Origin: an uncultured Puniceicoccaceae bacterium
GTDB lineage: Bacteria; Verrucomicrobiota; Verrucomicrobiia; Opitutales; Oceanipulchritudinaceae
Assembly (NCBI GenBank): GCA_963933835.1
Contig: CAWVVV010000002.1
Location: 64,001 to 128,000 of the forward strand
Length of the DNA: 64,000 nucleotides
Reading direction: 5' to 3'
This document shows, one piece after another, positions 40,340-50,231 of the stretch. The translations under genes were made by a program, and so were the position numbers. The notes under the pieces were generated by a model. It made no database searches. It was not told the origin of the DNA and worked only from the letters and a program-made list of their open reading frames with translations. Each line of letters begins with the position of its first letter. The first letter of the stretch is position 1.

Positions 40340-41046
40340 AACCGCCCCTTACGCTTCTTCTTTTTCTTTTTCGGAGGGGGCAGCGCGGCTAAGCGTTTGG
40401 CTTCGGCTTTCTGCAGTGCTCCGGCTTCTAAATGAAGAAGGAATTTGTCTTCGAAATAGTCGTTGCCCGAGAGGGCTCCTAAGTCGTGCACCTGAAAAGG
40501 CTCAATGCCTAGGTCTGCCAACTCCTCACGATAGAGGGTTCCTTTCAAATATAGCACGCCTTGAGGGAGGGCCTCGCTGCCGCCCGGGCGCAGATTCTTC
40601 GTGATCCAGCCAAGGAACTTGGGCAGTGGGCTCACCGCGCGACCGAGAATGAAATCCCATTTCGATTCGAGCGACTCGGCTCGCTTGTTGATCACTGAGA
40701 CATTTTTCAGCCCGAGAGCCTCAACCATTGCCTGCACTGCCTTGGTCTTTTTTTCGACCGAGTCACAGAGGAAAAATTGCACCTCAGGAAAGCAGATCGC
40801 GAGCGGGAGGCCTGGCAGCCCTCCGCCCGTTCCGACATCCAGAACACGAATGCGGGGCGGAAAATCAACGATACTGGCGATGAGCAATGAGTGTGTGAGG
40901 TGGTGCACCTCAAGCGCGTCGATGTCCTTTCGCGAAACAAGATTCAGCCGCTCGTTCCACTCACGAAAGAGCGTCGCCAGCTCATCCATCTTTGCCGATT
41001 GCTCCGGCGTGATCTTCGCATACACGCTCGCCCAAGGATAACTCAT
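40336..41046 (-). CDS. rsmG: 16S rRNA (guanine527-N7)-methyltransferase
   Basis: WNERLNLVSR, HHLTHSL, LDVGTGGGLPGLPLAI, RAE, GRAV, LKG. Confidence 0.95.
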   Translation of the reverse strand: MSYPWASVYAKITPEQSAKMDELATLFREWNERLNLVSRKDIDALEVHHLTHSLLIASIVDFPPRIRVLDVGTGGGLPGLPLAICFPEVQFFLCDSVEKKTKAVQAMVEALGLKNVSVINKRAESLESKWDFILGRAVSPLPKFLGWITKNLRPGGSEALPQGVLYLKGTLYREELADLGIEPFQVHDLGALSGNDYFEDKFLLHLEAGALQKAEAKRLAALPPPKKKKKKRKGRF

Positions 41047-41096
41047 GACCGCACTCTGAAACTCCTACACAAAGCGTCAAACCGCTTTTGTACTGT

Positions 41097-41212
41097 TGAA
41101 TAATGAATGATGAGAGATGAATGAAAAACACCTACAGCCCTCAGGGTGAATTCACGAAAATCCCATCGCCAATCGCATCATTCACCATTCAGCATTCAGC
41201 ATTCATCATTTA
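41097..41212. repeat. Inverted heptamer arrays (4 x TGAATGA-like, 5 x NCATTCA) forming a long hairpin
   Basis: tgaataa tgaatga tgagaga tgaatga (41097-41124) faces tcattca ccattca gcattca gcattca tcattta (41178-41212). Confidence 0.8.
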
Positions 41213-41221
41213 AAGTTTTCC

Positions 41222-42376
41222 ATGAATCCCGACGAACTCTCCCGCTACAGCCGCCAGATCATCCTTCCCCAAATCGGAGTCGATGGGCAACAGGCGCTGC
41301 GCGATAGTCGTGTGCTGCTCATTGGGATGGGTGGGCTCGGAAGCCCTGCTGCGCTCTACCTCGCAGCAGCCGGTGTCGGCACCCTCGGTCTCGCCGACTT
41401 CGATACCGTCGCAGGGCACAACCTCCAGCGCCAAGTCCTTCACGACCACGCTCGGATTGGAGACGCGAAGATCGATAGCGCTGCTGACCGCCTCCGCGCG
41501 CTCGACCCAACGATCCAGCTCGAACTCCACCCCGCTGGGGTCAACGCCGAGAACATCGTCGGGCTCTTCTCGAACTACGACCTCATCCTCGACGGCACGG
41601 ACAACTTTCCTACCCGCTATATGAACAACGACGCTGCGACGCTCTCGAAGAAGCCGCTCGTCTATGGCAGCGTGTTCCAGTTCGAAGGTCAGGTCTCAGT
41701 CTTTCACTCAGCCGCAGGCGGTCCCTGCTACCGCTGCCTCTTTCCCAAAATGCCCGACCCCGGCACTGTCCCAAATTGCGAGGAAGCCGGCGTCTTTGGT
41801 GCCCTCTGCGGCGTGGTCGGAAGTTGGCAGGCAATGGAAGCGATCAAGGTCCTCACGGGCACAGGCGAACCGCTCATCGGGCGCCTCCAAATTATCGACG
41901 CCCTCAACGGTGAGACTCGCCGCATCCGCCTCAAGCCCGACCCAGAATGTCCTTGCTGCGGCGAAAATCCGACCCTCACAAAAATCGAGGCGGCTAACTA
42001 CGACTGGTCCTGCACGACCGAATCCGAAGAAAACAAAACAACCATGTCCCAAAGTCCTCCTACACTCCGAGAAATCTCTGTCCAAGAAGCCGCCGCCGAG
42101 AAGGCCGCGGGTGCCCTCCTCCTCGACGTCCGCGAAGACTTCGAGCACGCCATTGTTCAAGTCGAAGGCAGTCGTCTCCTCCCCATGAGCAAAATTCCGG
42201 ATGCCGTCGAAGGCCTGCCTAAAGACCAGACCATTCTCTGCCTTTGTCACCACGGAGCTCGCAGCCTGCGTGTTGCCAGCTTCCTCGCTCAACACGGCGT
42301 CAAGGATTCCGTCAACGTCGCTGGCGGCATCGACCAATGGGCAGCCCAGCTAGATCCAGATATGGCGAGATATTGA
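41222..42376 (+). CDS. moeB: Molybdopterin-synthase adenylyltransferase with C-terminal rhodanese (MoeB/MoeZ type)
   Basis: RYSRQIILP, GMGGLGSP, NLQRQ, DGTDNF, PCYRC, NCEEAGV, rhodanese LLDVRE...CHHGARS. Confidence 0.94.
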   Translation: MNPDELSRYSRQIILPQIGVDGQQALRDSRVLLIGMGGLGSPAALYLAAAGVGTLGLADFDTVAGHNLQRQVLHDHARIGDAKIDSAADRLRALDPTIQLELHPAGVNAENIVGLFSNYDLILDGTDNFPTRYMNNDAATLSKKPLVYGSVFQFEGQVSVFHSAAGGPCYRCLFPKMPDPGTVPNCEEAGVFGALCGVVGSWQAMEAIKVLTGTGEPLIGRLQIIDALNGETRRIRLKPDPECPCCGENPTLTKIEAANYDWSCTTESEENKTTMSQSPPTLREISVQEAAAEKAAGALLLDVREDFEHAIVQVEGSRLLPMSKIPDAVEGLPKDQTILCLCHHGARSLRVASFLAQHGVKDSVNVAGGIDQWAAQLDPDMARY

Positions 42377-42383
42377 GGAAATG

Positions 42384-42510
42384 TGAATGATGAGTTACCC
42401 GAATGATGAATAACTCATTACAACGCTTCATTTCTGTAGCCACCGCATCACAGGGCTTAGCTTCATTACATCACGCGCACTACCTGTCCCATCGCCGCAA
42501 ACTCATCATT
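42384..42510. repeat. Second degenerate heptamer/inverted-repeat element downstream of moeB
   Basis: tgaatga tgagtta ... gaatga tgaataa; perfect 11-bp IR AATGATGAGTT (42386-42396) / AACTCATCATT (42500-42510); shares TCCCATCGCC with the upstream element. Confidence 0.65.
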
Positions 42511-44647
42511 ACCCCTGTCCCTCTTTCCACACCTCAATTACCTTTAGAAAGGTCGGTCCGACGGTCTTTGCTTTGCCTGGGCCGATGCCAGGAAGGAGCT
42601 GGGCCTCGGCTTTTGTTTTAGGCCGGTTAATCGCGAGTGCTTCGAGGGAGCGGTTGGTTAGAATCGTGTAGGCGGGCACGTTGCCACGGGCTTTCGCGAG
42701 CTGGGCACGTTTGCCCTTCAGGGCATCGATCAGGCTCTTGTCGATATCGCCATCGAACTGAAACGCCTTGCGACTGCTGGAACGGGTGCTTTTGGGGGCC
42801 TTCTTCCCGCGTGGCTCTACAGGCCAGACGAGCTCGGGCTTTAACTTTCCAAACATGACCGCCCCACCCATTGTTGTGAGGGTGACCATTGGACGGTTTC
42901 CGCCCGTTGTCATAACAAACCCAGCACGCAAGCAGGCGTCATACAGCTCCCTGATAAAGGCAAGTCCCTCCGGAGAAAGAATCCCGTAGGTCGAAAGTTT
43001 ATTGAGTCCAAATTGCGCCATTTTCTGGTCCGTGCTGCCGGCCAACATCTGTAGGATAAGGCCTTTGCCAAAGCGAGGCACCCAATCCTCACCGCTGCGC
43101 TCACTCATGCGCGCAATGCCACTCAGCAGCTTGCGCGCAGTCTGCGTCTCGGCGTCGGTCAAGACCCGCACCTTTACGTCGGTCGTTGCCCTGCACTCAT
43201 CGCAATGATGACAGGGCTCTGGATCTTCTTCACCAAAGTAGCGACGTATCCAGATTTGACGACATTCGAGCGCCCCTGAAAAAGCGATCATGGAGTCAAG
43301 TTTACTTCGATCGCGTCGCTCTTTTTCATTTAAAGCGGCTTCATCGAGCGCGAGTTTAAAGGGCAATATTTCCGGCTTTACGAGGCGAGTGCCACGCATG
43401 CGCTCACCAGGGATGTCGAAGCGCTCCAGAACCCCGAGATCACTCAAGGTTTTGAGCGCCGCGCCCACCGCCATGCCATTCTTGCTCCCAACCGCCTCGC
43501 TTAGATCCTGAATCGTAAGGCGCACTTCTTTGGCTTCATCGGCTATTTCGAGGAGCTGGCCATAAACACTGCGGATGAATTCCGGTGTCGGGTTTGCCCC
43601 ATCGATGAAGAAATCCTGCGTCCGGCGATCGGCGTAGTTATAAAATAAGACACACTTCGAAGGCAGACCATCGCGGCCCGCGCGGCCCGCTTCTTGATAA
43701 AATGCTTCCACGCTCCCAGGCAGCTCGAAGTGAGCGACAAACCGTAGATCCGCTCGATCGATACCCATCCCAAAGGCATTTGTAGCGACGGCGACATCAA
43801 CGCGCTTCGAGATGAATTGGTTCTGCAGATCTTCCCGCTGCTCATCACCCAGTCCTCCATGATAAGCGACATGAGAGACGTCCCACTCAGCCAGATGTTT
43901 CGAGACCTCCTCCACCCGCTTGCGCGTCGCACAGTAAATGATGCCGGTTTTTTGCTGTCCAATCAGGCGACTCAACTGGGCAAACTTATCTGCCCTCTTC
44001 GCCACATCGCGCACTTCGAAATTCAGATTCGGGCGCCCAAATCCACTGATAAAGATCGCGGGGTCCTTCAGGTCGAGAAAGCGTTTGATATCCTCCTGTA
44101 CCTCGGGTGTGGCCGTCGCCGTAAATGCACTCACGGGCGGGCGTCCTATCGCCTCGAGTCTCTCGCCAACACGCAGGTAATCCGGACGAAAATCATGTCC
44201 CCACTGAGATACACAGTGCGCTTCATCGACCGCGACGAAGCTGATTTTGACCCGTTTTAATTCTTCGACAAAGCGATGATGGCGAAACCGCTCAGGAGCG
44301 ACGTAAACGAGTTTATAGGCCCCATCGCGCATCCTATCGATCCGCGCGTTCTGCTCTGCGGGCGGCAGACTACTGTTGATAAAGGTCGCTGGAAGTCCGC
44401 GCGCGGTGAGGGCATCAACTTGATCCTTCATCAGCGCGATGAGTGGCGAAATGACCAGTGTCACCCCATCAAGGACGAGCGCGGGCAACTGATAGCAGAG
44501 TGATTTACCCCCGCCCGTCGGCATGATCGCCATTGTGTTACGTCCATCCGCAATCGACTGCACAATTTCCTCCTGCCCCGGCCGAAAAACCTCGAAGCCA
44601 AAATGCTCCGCCAGCGCACTGTGCAAATCTGCTGATTGAATGTTCAC
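42509..44647 (-). CDS. recQ: ATP-dependent DNA helicase RecQ (with RQC and HRDC)
   Basis: MPTGGGKSLCYQ, DEAHCVSQWGHDFRP, ATNAFGMGID, QEAGRAGRDG, CR...C..CDEC, HRDC VPAYTIL. Confidence 0.95.
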   Translation of the reverse strand: MNIQSADLHSALAEHFGFEVFRPGQEEIVQSIADGRNTMAIMPTGGGKSLCYQLPALVLDGVTLVISPLIALMKDQVDALTARGLPATFINSSLPPAEQNARIDRMRDGAYKLVYVAPERFRHHRFVEELKRVKISFVAVDEAHCVSQWGHDFRPDYLRVGERLEAIGRPPVSAFTATATPEVQEDIKRFLDLKDPAIFISGFGRPNLNFEVRDVAKRADKFAQLSRLIGQQKTGIIYCATRKRVEEVSKHLAEWDVSHVAYHGGLGDEQREDLQNQFISKRVDVAVATNAFGMGIDRADLRFVAHFELPGSVEAFYQEAGRAGRDGLPSKCVLFYNYADRRTQDFFIDGANPTPEFIRSVYGQLLEIADEAKEVRLTIQDLSEAVGSKNGMAVGAALKTLSDLGVLERFDIPGERMRGTRLVKPEILPFKLALDEAALNEKERRDRSKLDSMIAFSGALECRQIWIRRYFGEEDPEPCHHCDECRATTDVKVRVLTDAETQTARKLLSGIARMSERSGEDWVPRFGKGLILQMLAGSTDQKMAQFGLNKLSTYGILSPEGLAFIRELYDACLRAGFVMTTGGNRPMVTLTTMGGAVMFGKLKPELVWPVEPRGKKAPKSTRSSSRKAFQFDGDIDKSLIDALKGKRAQLAKARGNVPAYTILTNRSLEALAINRPKTKAEAQLLPGIGPGKAKTVGPTFLKVIEVWKEGQG

Positions 44648-44979
44648 TAATAGTAAGGAGTGCAGTCAGCTCGATGGATGCAAAACGTAAAGACGCCTTA
44701 TCGCCTTGATTGGCTCTAGGCTTCATTTTCCCAGCGGCTTTTTCATCTAAAAGTGCCTTGGTAAAGCCTAGCAATACCTCCAAGGCGGGATAACACTAGA
44801 GAAACCCTCACCATTCCAACTATTACAGCGGGGGGATGGGTCGATTTATGGAGTGAACCTTTTTGAAAGCTTCAAAGGCAAATCGAACCCCATAAAGCAT
44901 TGAGTCCTCAGCGCATGAACCCACACAACCGCCGACATCAGTATTGCACCCTTCGGACGCAGGGAATGCTTCACAGCGA

Positions 44980-47900
44980 ATGAAGTTTGATGACGAAGAG
45001 GGGTTGCTAAAGCGGATCGGGAGCGTCCTAAACGCGTTCCGGCCCGATTGTACGATCATCCGAGGCCGACACTTGACGGGTCAAAGAATCACCTTTCTTC
45101 GATGCGGAGGGACGCATCCGGTCGAAAATAGATTCTTCATCGGTAAAATCCTGAGTGAGCTCGATGAGGAGCGACCCATCGGCAAAATTCCGTTCTGGCG
45201 CCTTAGGAAAATCGCCAAGGAGGCCAAGGTTGATTTCACCCTGATCCACCTCGATCAAGCGCTCGCGTGGGCGGCCGAAACGCTCATCAAACGCGCTGGA
45301 TCCGAAGTCTTCCGAACCCCCCTTTTCCTCGAAACCGTCGTCGATCTCAGCGACGAGAAAAAGTTGCTTTCGGGGAGTAATTTGAAGCGGGACATCCAAA
45401 GGATTCAGAAAAACGCCTTCTCGATCGAGCGCACTACTGAGCCGGCAGATCTCCTGACTTTCATCCGAAAATTTCGCGATCCATATGTCGCAAAAAGACA
45501 TCCCTTGGATGCGCCCTCCTATCGCTATGATCCAGCCATCTTTACCAAGAAATCATTAGAAGGCAGCGGATTCTCCCTCCTCAAAATAATGCATGAGGGA
45601 CAATGGGTTGCAGGGGAGGTTATCGCCGATTCCTTTCAAGGGCGACCCGCCCTCTGGGAGCTAGGCGTAAAGGACGGGGATACGCATCTAGTAAGGCAAG
45701 GTGCCCTCGCCGCAGCCTATTGGCTGAGTATCGAGTTTCTGATCCAGCAAGGCGCCCAGTCCGTGTCCTTCGCTCGTATGCGCCCTTACATCAACGAAGG
45801 GGTCTTGAAATATAAATCCAAGTTCAAGCCAACGGTGACAAACAACTCATCACGGCGAGTGCTGATCGTCCCCAATCTCTCTTCGCGGATCACACGTGAT
45901 GTCCTTGTCGAAGAGCCTTTCATCATCGAAGAAGGCGGAAAACTAATCCCGCTCGGTTTCAGTAAAAGCCACTGCGTATCTGATGGACTTGAACCGCACT
46001 CCGTCGCCCTTCACCGATATAAAAATCTCGAAGCGGCTCGCCTGATAAAGTTGCCCGAAAACACCTCTACGACAAATTCAGCTCAGCCCTCCCAGCGGAC
46101 ACCCGCCTCTACCCATAGCGACTACCCGCGCGATAAATGTATCCACGATCTATTCTGCGAAAATGCTCTCCAGCACCTTGATCAGGCGGCAGTTCGATAC
46201 GAAGAGGAGATTTTAAGCTATGCGCACTTACTCGAATCCTCTGAGCGCTTAGCTCAAAATCTCCGCCAGAACGGAATCGGCAATTCCGATGTCGTAGCTG
46301 TCTGTGCAGATCGCTCGCTCCATTTGCCGACATGGGTTCTCGGTGTCCTCCGAAGTGGTGCGGCCTATTTGCCCCTCGATCCGGCACTGCCAAGCGAGCG
46401 CTTACAATTCATGCTCAAGGATGCGGGTGCACGTGCACTCATCGTTGATGAAAAAACCAAAGAGCTTTTCAAGGGGGCCACGCTCCCTTGCCCATTAATC
46501 GTGGGTTCCAAAGCTATCTCAAGAGAGTCAAACTCCGACGCGTCGGTGCTTCCAAACGACACCACTTCGTCTGACCTTGCCTATATCATTTACACCTCTG
46601 GATCAACTGGGCTCCCCAAAGGAGTCGAGATCGAACACCGCAACATCGTTAACTTAGTATGGGACATGAAAGAACGCTTAGGCCTCCGTCAGAAGGAGAG
46701 CGTTCTCTCCATCGGATCCTTCGCCTTTGATGTCACTCTGCCCGATTGGTTTTGGGCGTTCCTTACCGGAGGAACCGTCATCATTGCCGATGAACAATCA
46801 ATTAAGGACCCAGCGCGCCTTGTCCCATTGATTTCCAAACATCGACCGACTCACATCCAAGCGACACCCGGCACGTGGGAAATGCTTCTAAAAGTCGGAT
46901 TGCCAAGCTACCGACCACTGCGACTCGTAACGACAGGAGAACATGTCGGCGAAGCCCTACGGGAACGCCTCCGGAATCTTTCAGATGAAGTGTGGAACCT
47001 CTACGGCCCGACTGAAACGACGGTCTGGTCTTCAGCTTGCCACCTCGGCCACGACCACTCGGCCGAATCAATCGGAACCCCGATTGCCAACACGCAGTTC
47101 CACATCGTCGGCGACAATGGCCAACCCGCATCTGATAACGAGCGAGGCGAATTATGGATTGGCGGTGAAGGCGTCGCTCGAGGTTATCTAAGCCGTATCG
47201 AATTAACCGATGAGCGCTTCGTCACTCCCGATTGGGCACCCGGGCGACTCTACAGAACGGGCGATCTCGTCGAATGGAATCCCGAAGGCGGTGTCCGCTA
47301 CCTTGGCCGAATTGATGACCAAGTAAAAATCCGAGGCTACCGCATCGAACTCGGAGAAATCGACGCAAAGCTTTCTGAGCACTCCGATGTGCAAGTCAGC
47401 CAAACGCTATTGGTCGAAGGAGAACACAGCCCCCGCCTCGTCAGCTTTGTTGTCCCAAAAAGTAACGACACTGACCCGAAGGATTGGAAAACGTTTCTTC
47501 TTAGCGAGCTCCCAGCCTACATGGTGCCGGCCCGCTTCATCCCACTCAAAGCGCTGCCACTCACTCCGAACGGAAAGATCGATCGCAAAGCGCTCCAAGC
47601 ACACCTGAAAACAACCCCTGACGGCTCGGTGAAAACGAAACTGAACGCCTTAGAGCGGAAGGTCGCTAATGTTTGGAGGAGCGTACTCAAGGGGCCCCAG
47701 ATCACGTCTACGGATACGTTTTGGGATCTGGGCGGAGACTCTCTCTCGGCCGTCCATATGCTCTTGGAGTTGAAGCAACGCCTTGGACTGGAAGTCCCTT
47801 ATGAACGCCTCTCTGAGAACCCGACCCTGAGTGAGTTTTGCGCTTTCTGCACTCAGCGAAAGAAGGCACCTCAGCGGCTGCGAAGCCTCCGCTCCGGTAG

Positions 47901-48717
47901 CGACCCAGTGGCCACCCCCATCCTCTTCACCCACGGGCACAACTTCTGTAACACCATCGACGAGCTCAGCCCCGTTATACATAGCCTCGACGCTTTCCAT
48001 CCGATCTGGGGCCTGAGCGGTCATGGCGAAGACGGGCGGTGCTGGAGCTATCAGACGCTCCCCGATATGGCGGCCGAAGCACTTGAGCTTATTAAAGGTG
48101 CCCTTCCTCCCCAACGCATCATTCTTGCAGGCTACTGCATCGGTGGGCTACTGGCCTACGAACTCGCGAAACAACTATCCGAGGCAGGCTACGAGATCGA
48201 GCATGTCATCATGATCGATACGGCGACACCTGAATTGCGCAATACCTCCATCGCTGAAGGCACCCTTCAGCGTCGCCAAGAGCTCAAGGACGGCCTGCGC
48301 CACCGCTCTTTGTCCACCCTCATCGAACGCATCATCACCCGCGTGAAGTTTGAACGGAAATACTTCCAAAACTCATTTTGGCGTCATGTAGCACCTTTCT
48401 GGATACGTTTTTCACCACTCCCATCTCAAGCACGCACACCTTACTATCAATCGATCCAATCAGCCGCCTTCACCAGCTATGAACCTGGGAAACTCGATGC
48501 ACCGGTTCACCTCATAAAGACGGATCAAAACAGCTGGCCACCTGATTACGGATGGGGACCGCATTGCCCACAGATCGAAGAGAGCTTTCTCAGCGCCCCC
48601 CCCCATCACGAAATGGTCTCAAAAGAGCAAGCCCCTCGGCTTGCGAAACATATTCCCATCGTTCTAAAAGCGAACAACTTAGAACAATGCCGCCCTAATA
48701 GCGTAGTGGTGGGGTAA
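44980..48717 (+). CDS. Stand-alone NRPS-like protein: GNAT/FemAB-like - adenylation - thiolation - thioesterase
   Basis: A-domain cores YIIYTSGSTGLPKG, NLYGPTETT, YRTGD, GRIDDQVKIRGYRIELGEI, LTPNGKIDRK; T domain LGGDSL; TE LAGYCIGG...IDT...HHEM; N-terminal ~350 aa ending RPYINEGVLKYKSKF. Confidence 0.9.
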   Translation: MKFDDEEGLLKRIGSVLNAFRPDCTIIRGRHLTGQRITFLRCGGTHPVENRFFIGKILSELDEERPIGKIPFWRLRKIAKEAKVDFTLIHLDQALAWAAETLIKRAGSEVFRTPLFLETVVDLSDEKKLLSGSNLKRDIQRIQKNAFSIERTTEPADLLTFIRKFRDPYVAKRHPLDAPSYRYDPAIFTKKSLEGSGFSLLKIMHEGQWVAGEVIADSFQGRPALWELGVKDGDTHLVRQGALAAAYWLSIEFLIQQGAQSVSFARMRPYINEGVLKYKSKFKPTVTNNSSRRVLIVPNLSSRITRDVLVEEPFIIEEGGKLIPLGFSKSHCVSDGLEPHSVALHRYKNLEAARLIKLPENTSTTNSAQPSQRTPASTHSDYPRDKCIHDLFCENALQHLDQAAVRYEEEILSYAHLLESSERLAQNLRQNGIGNSDVVAVCADRSLHLPTWVLGVLRSGAAYLPLDPALPSERLQFMLKDAGARALIVDEKTKELFKGATLPCPLIVGSKAISRESNSDASVLPNDTTSSDLAYIIYTSGSTGLPKGVEIEHRNIVNLVWDMKERLGLRQKESVLSIGSFAFDVTLPDWFWAFLTGGTVIIADEQSIKDPARLVPLISKHRPTHIQATPGTWEMLLKVGLPSYRPLRLVTTGEHVGEALRERLRNLSDEVWNLYGPTETTVWSSACHLGHDHSAESIGTPIANTQFHIVGDNGQPASDNERGELWIGGEGVARGYLSRIELTDERFVTPDWAPGRLYRTGDLVEWNPEGGVRYLGRIDDQVKIRGYRIELGEIDAKLSEHSDVQVSQTLLVEGEHSPRLVSFVVPKSNDTDPKDWKTFLLSELPAYMVPARFIPLKALPLTPNGKIDRKALQAHLKTTPDGSVKTKLNALERKVANVWRSVLKGPQITSTDTFWDLGGDSLSAVHMLLELKQRLGLEVPYERLSENPTLSEFCAFCTQRKKAPQRLRSLRSGSDPVATPILFTHGHNFCNTIDELSPVIHSLDAFHPIWGLSGHGEDGRCWSYQTLPDMAAEALELIKGALPPQRIILAGYCIGGLLAYELAKQLSEAGYEIEHVIMIDTATPELRNTSIAEGTLQRRQELKDGLRHRSLSTLIERIITRVKFERKYFQNSFWRHVAPFWIRFSPLPSQARTPYYQSIQSAAFTSYEPGKLDAPVHLIKTDQNSWPPDYGWGPHCPQIEESFLSAPPHHEMVSKEQAPRLAKHIPIVLKANNLEQCRPNSVVVG

Positions 48718-48777
48718 TCTTGCTGAATGAATAGCGGTGCATCAGGTCAGGTTGTGCTCGAATACGGGCGCCATCAC

Positions 48778-50142
48778 TCAGCGGACATCGAGATCGGGCC
48801 ACTGCGCGAGTTTTCGGTGCAGGGTGCGGCGGGACATGCCGAGGAGTTTTGCGGCCTGAGTTCGGTTGCCTTTTGCCTCGACGAGGGCGTTACGCAGGAG
48901 GCGCTTTTCGTTCTCTTCGACGGAGAGCGGATTCTGAGCAAAGCTTGAATTTTCCGAACCGACCTTACCCATCGGATCGAGAAACTTGGGATCGAGATCG
49001 TACTCGGTGAGCTTTCCGCCGCGCTTCATCACGATGATGTTTTCAGCGAAGTTACGCAGCTCACGAATGTTACCCGGCCAGCGGTATTGCTCGAGGGCAT
49101 GCATCGCCTTGGCATCAAGTTCGAGCGGCTCGGTGTCATTTTCCTCGGCGTAGATGTCGATGAAGTGGCGGACGAGAAGCGGGATGTCGTCAACACGAGC
49201 GCGCAGTGGCGGCATGTCGAGGGTGACGACGTTGAGCCGATAAAGGAGATCGTCTCGAAAGGTGCCTTTCTTCGCCATATCGACGAGGTCTCGGTTCGTC
49301 GCTGCGACGAGGCGCACATCAACTTTGATCGTCTTGGTGCTGCCAAGGCGTTCGAAGCTTCGGGTCTCGAGAAAACGCAGAAGCTTCACCTGAGTGGACG
49401 CATCGATTTCGCCAATTTCATCGAGAAAGAGGGTGCCACCATCCGCCGCCTCGAAGCGACCGATGCGACGCTCATTCGCTCCCGTAAAAGCCCCACGCTC
49501 GTGTCCGAAGAGCTCGCTTTCAAGCAGACTGGCCGAAAGCGCAGCGGCGTGGACAGGCACAAATGGACCGCGATTGCGGTCACTGTTCTGGTGGATCGAC
49601 TGAGCGATGAGCTCCTTGCCCGTTCCCGTTTCTCCTTCGATAAGAACGGAGGCACGTGACGGAGCGACCCGCTTTACTTTTTCGATAACATCTTCGAGCG
49701 CCTTCGAGCCGCCAATGATACCCTCGAAGCTAAACTTGCGGTCAAGGCGCTCCTGAAGCTCAACGACGACTTTCTCGGTCGTGCGTGATCTGAGCGCACG
49801 CTGGATCAGCAGTTCCAGCTTCTCGATGTTTACCGGCTTGGTCAGAAAATCATAGGCCCCGCGCTTCATCGCTTCTACCGCGGTCTCCACGTTCCCATAG
49901 GCCGTCATCATGATGACGATGGGGGCGTGAGGCAGCGCAATGACCTTGTCGATGACCTTCATCCCGCTTTCACCGGTCATTCGAAGGTCTGTCAGGACGA
50001 TATCAAAGCGCTCAGACTCGAAGAGGTTGAAGGCCTCATCGGCGTTCGCCGCGAGGTAAACGTCATAGGTGTCTTCAAGCGCGAGATAGAGCCCTTCACG
50101 GGTGTGTTTCTCGTCGTCAACAATAAGCAAACTGGCTGGCAT
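48778..50142 (-). CDS. Sigma-54-dependent response regulator (NtrC/AtoC family)
   Basis: REC ([19 protein letters not shown]), [38 protein letters not shown], Fis HTH. Confidence 0.95.
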   Translation of the reverse strand: MPASLLIVDDEKHTREGLYLALEDTYDVYLAANADEAFNLFESERFDIVLTDLRMTGESGMKVIDKVIALPHAPIVIMMTAYGNVETAVEAMKRGAYDFLTKPVNIEKLELLIQRALRSRTTEKVVVELQERLDRKFSFEGIIGGSKALEDVIEKVKRVAPSRASVLIEGETGTGKELIAQSIHQNSDRNRGPFVPVHAAALSASLLESELFGHERGAFTGANERRIGRFEAADGGTLFLDEIGEIDASTQVKLLRFLETRSFERLGSTKTIKVDVRLVAATNRDLVDMAKKGTFRDDLLYRLNVVTLDMPPLRARVDDIPLLVRHFIDIYAEENDTEPLELDAKAMHALEQYRWPGNIRELRNFAENIIVMKRGGKLTEYDLDPKFLDPMGKVGSENSSFAQNPLSVEENEKRLLRNALVEAKGNRTQAAKLLGMSRRTLHRKLAQWPDLDVR

Positions 50143-50231
50143 GGAGAGTATGGTGCGACATTATGGCTCATTTACAAGCCAAGAATAGAGAGGCCTCAAC
50201 ATTGAGACATTCAGGCGCTAAAGCGCTACTC

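Noticed and set aside
40336..40385. Poly-Lys tail on RsmG (PPPKKKKKKRKGRF)
   Set aside because: A low-complexity basic tail on an RNA-modifying enzyme, with no frameshift or further structure.
41097..42510. Repeats around moeB as a CRISPR array
   Set aside because: The units are 7-mers in tandem or inverted arrangement with no 25-45 bp repeats, no regular spacers and no cas genes.
43380..43600. Extra helical/winged-helix segment within RecQ before the Zn-binding cysteines
   Set aside because: It looks like a recognised RecQ subfamily variation, and all helicase motifs are intact.
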